Part shown: piece by piece, positions 63,259-64,000 of the stretch
Layout of the letters: each line of letters opens with the position of its first letter
Position numbering within the stretch: the stretch's first letter is position 1
From: Acidimicrobiia bacterium
GTDB taxonomy: Bacteria; Actinomycetota; Acidimicrobiia; Spongiisociales; UBA5794
Reading direction: 5' to 3'
Length of the DNA stretch: 64,000 bases
Assembly (NCBI GenBank): GCA_026985095.1
Contig: JALSQW010000018.1
Location: 23,989 to 87,988, forward strand
Program-made: the position numbers and the translations under genes
Notes under the pieces: generated by a model
Database searches by the model: none
The model's input: the letters and a program-made list of their open reading frames with translations, nothing else
What the model was told of the DNA's origin: nothing

Positions 63259-64000
63259 ATGGACGCCCTCTGCGATCCGGCGCTCGACGCTCTCGGCGGC
63301 GCCGACGCCATCTTGGTCTTCACCGGCGCCGGCATCAGCACCGGATCGGGGATCCCCGACTTCCGGGGGCCGAACGGCCTGTGGAAGCGGATCGACCCCG
63401 ACGACTTCGCCCTCGAGCGCCATCTGGACGATCCGGCGTTCCGCCGCTCGACCTGGCATCGCCATCTCCGGTCGCCCTTCCTCGGCGCCGTCCCCAACCC
63501 GGGCCATCACGCCGTGACCCGCCTCGTGACCTCCGGACGAGCGCTGGGGGTGGTCACCCAGAACGTCGACGGGCTCCACCGAGCCGCTGGGCTCGAGCCG
63601 GAGCTCCTGGTCGAGATCCACGGCGATGCCTCCCGCGTCGCGTGCGTCTCGTGCGGGGCACGAGAGCCGATCGACGACGTCGCCGCACGATGGGAAGCCG
63701 GCGAGGAGGACCCGGCCTGCCTGCGCTGCGGGGGGATCATGAAGCCCGATGTGGTCTTCTTCGGTGAGGCGCTCCCCCGGGAGGCGACCATCCGCGCTTG
63801 GGCGATGGCCGACCGCGCCGACGCCGTCCTCGTCGTCGGCTCGAGCCTGTCGGTCTATCCGGCGGCGTCGATCCCCCTCGAGATCGCCGGGCGCGGCGAC
63901 CCGATGGTCGTCGTCAATCGGGGGCCGACGGACCACGACCCGTTGGCGACCGTCCACCTCGACGGCGACGCCTCCGACCTCCTCCCCCGACTCGTCGATG
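63259..64000 (+). CDS. NAD-dependent protein deacylase (sirtuin, CobB/Sir2 family), partial; continues beyond the window end
   Basis: Not in the ORF track because there is no stop in the window. GAGISTGSGIPDFRG...QNVDGLH... and zinc-binding CVSCG...CLRCGG, then VVFFGE...VVGSSL. Confidence 0.85.
   Translation, partial: MDALCDPALDALGGADAILVFTGAGISTGSGIPDFRGPNGLWKRIDPDDFALERHLDDPAFRRSTWHRHLRSPFLGAVPNPGHHAVTRLVTSGRALGVVTQNVDGLHRAAGLEPELLVEIHGDASRVACVSCGAREPIDDVAARWEAGEEDPACLRCGGIMKPDVVFFGEALPREATIRAWAMADRADAVLVVGSSLSVYPAASIPLEIAGRGDPMVVVNRGPTDHDPLATVHLDGDASDLLPRLVD

Overview
This is a dense, very high-GC (about 70%) stretch of actinobacterial core chromosome, with conserved synteny resembling Mycobacterium and Corynebacterium-type gene order. 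Most of the long ORFs in the supplied six-frame track are antisense artefacts of the GC content. Real genes were recognised by sequence motifs, stop/start coupling with neighbours, and conserved neighbourhoods.

The window contains, in order:
- valS (runs off the 5' edge), an amidohydrolase, and the tig-clpP-clpX operon followed by a P-loop gene.
- A six-tRNA cluster (His, Arg, Gly, Pro on the minus strand; Lys, Leu on the plus strand).
- An operon reading arcA - JAMM/MPN - small membrane protein - MBL hydrolase - rph - rdgB.
- pfkA, a thioesterase, tmRNA (ssrA), a TlpA-like redoxin and smpB.
- ftsE-ftsX with a coupled M23 peptidase.
- prfB with its programmed +1 frameshift (CTT TGA C), and secA.
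- A translationally coupled block hpf -> NarL-type response regulator -> HEAT-repeat protein -> HD-GYP phosphodiesterase, inserted into the conserved comFC-hpf-secA neighbourhood.
- An FtsH-like AAA protease.
- ahcY, a bifunctional PGI/PMI, Trm112 and manB, next to a glycosylation module of GT2 + GtrA + large GT-C-like membrane protein.
- A 929-aa GT2-membrane fusion protein and a downstream secreted protein.
- cofD-cofE (F420 biosynthesis) and fpg/nei.
- A galE-like epimerase, a dienelactone hydrolase and birA, divergent from accD.
- A coiled-coil lytic transglycosylase, accA, an LpdA-like flavoprotein coupled to a methylmalonyl-CoA-mutase-like large subunit.
- A class A PBP with PASTA domains, an ABC exporter, and a sirtuin (runs off the 3' edge).

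No transposase, integrase, phage gene or CRISPR array is visible.

The most unusual sequence-level feature is a genome-specific 37-bp tandem repeat family. It starts with AACCCAGGGTTC and ends with CCCCTnnAGGGG, so each unit carries two short palindromes. It occurs as 3-4 copy arrays at three separate convergent gene junctions.

Coordinates I mapped by hand (tRNAs, tmRNA, hairpins, repeat edges) may be off by a few nucleotides. ORF-derived coordinates follow the supplied track, with start codons re-chosen by homology.
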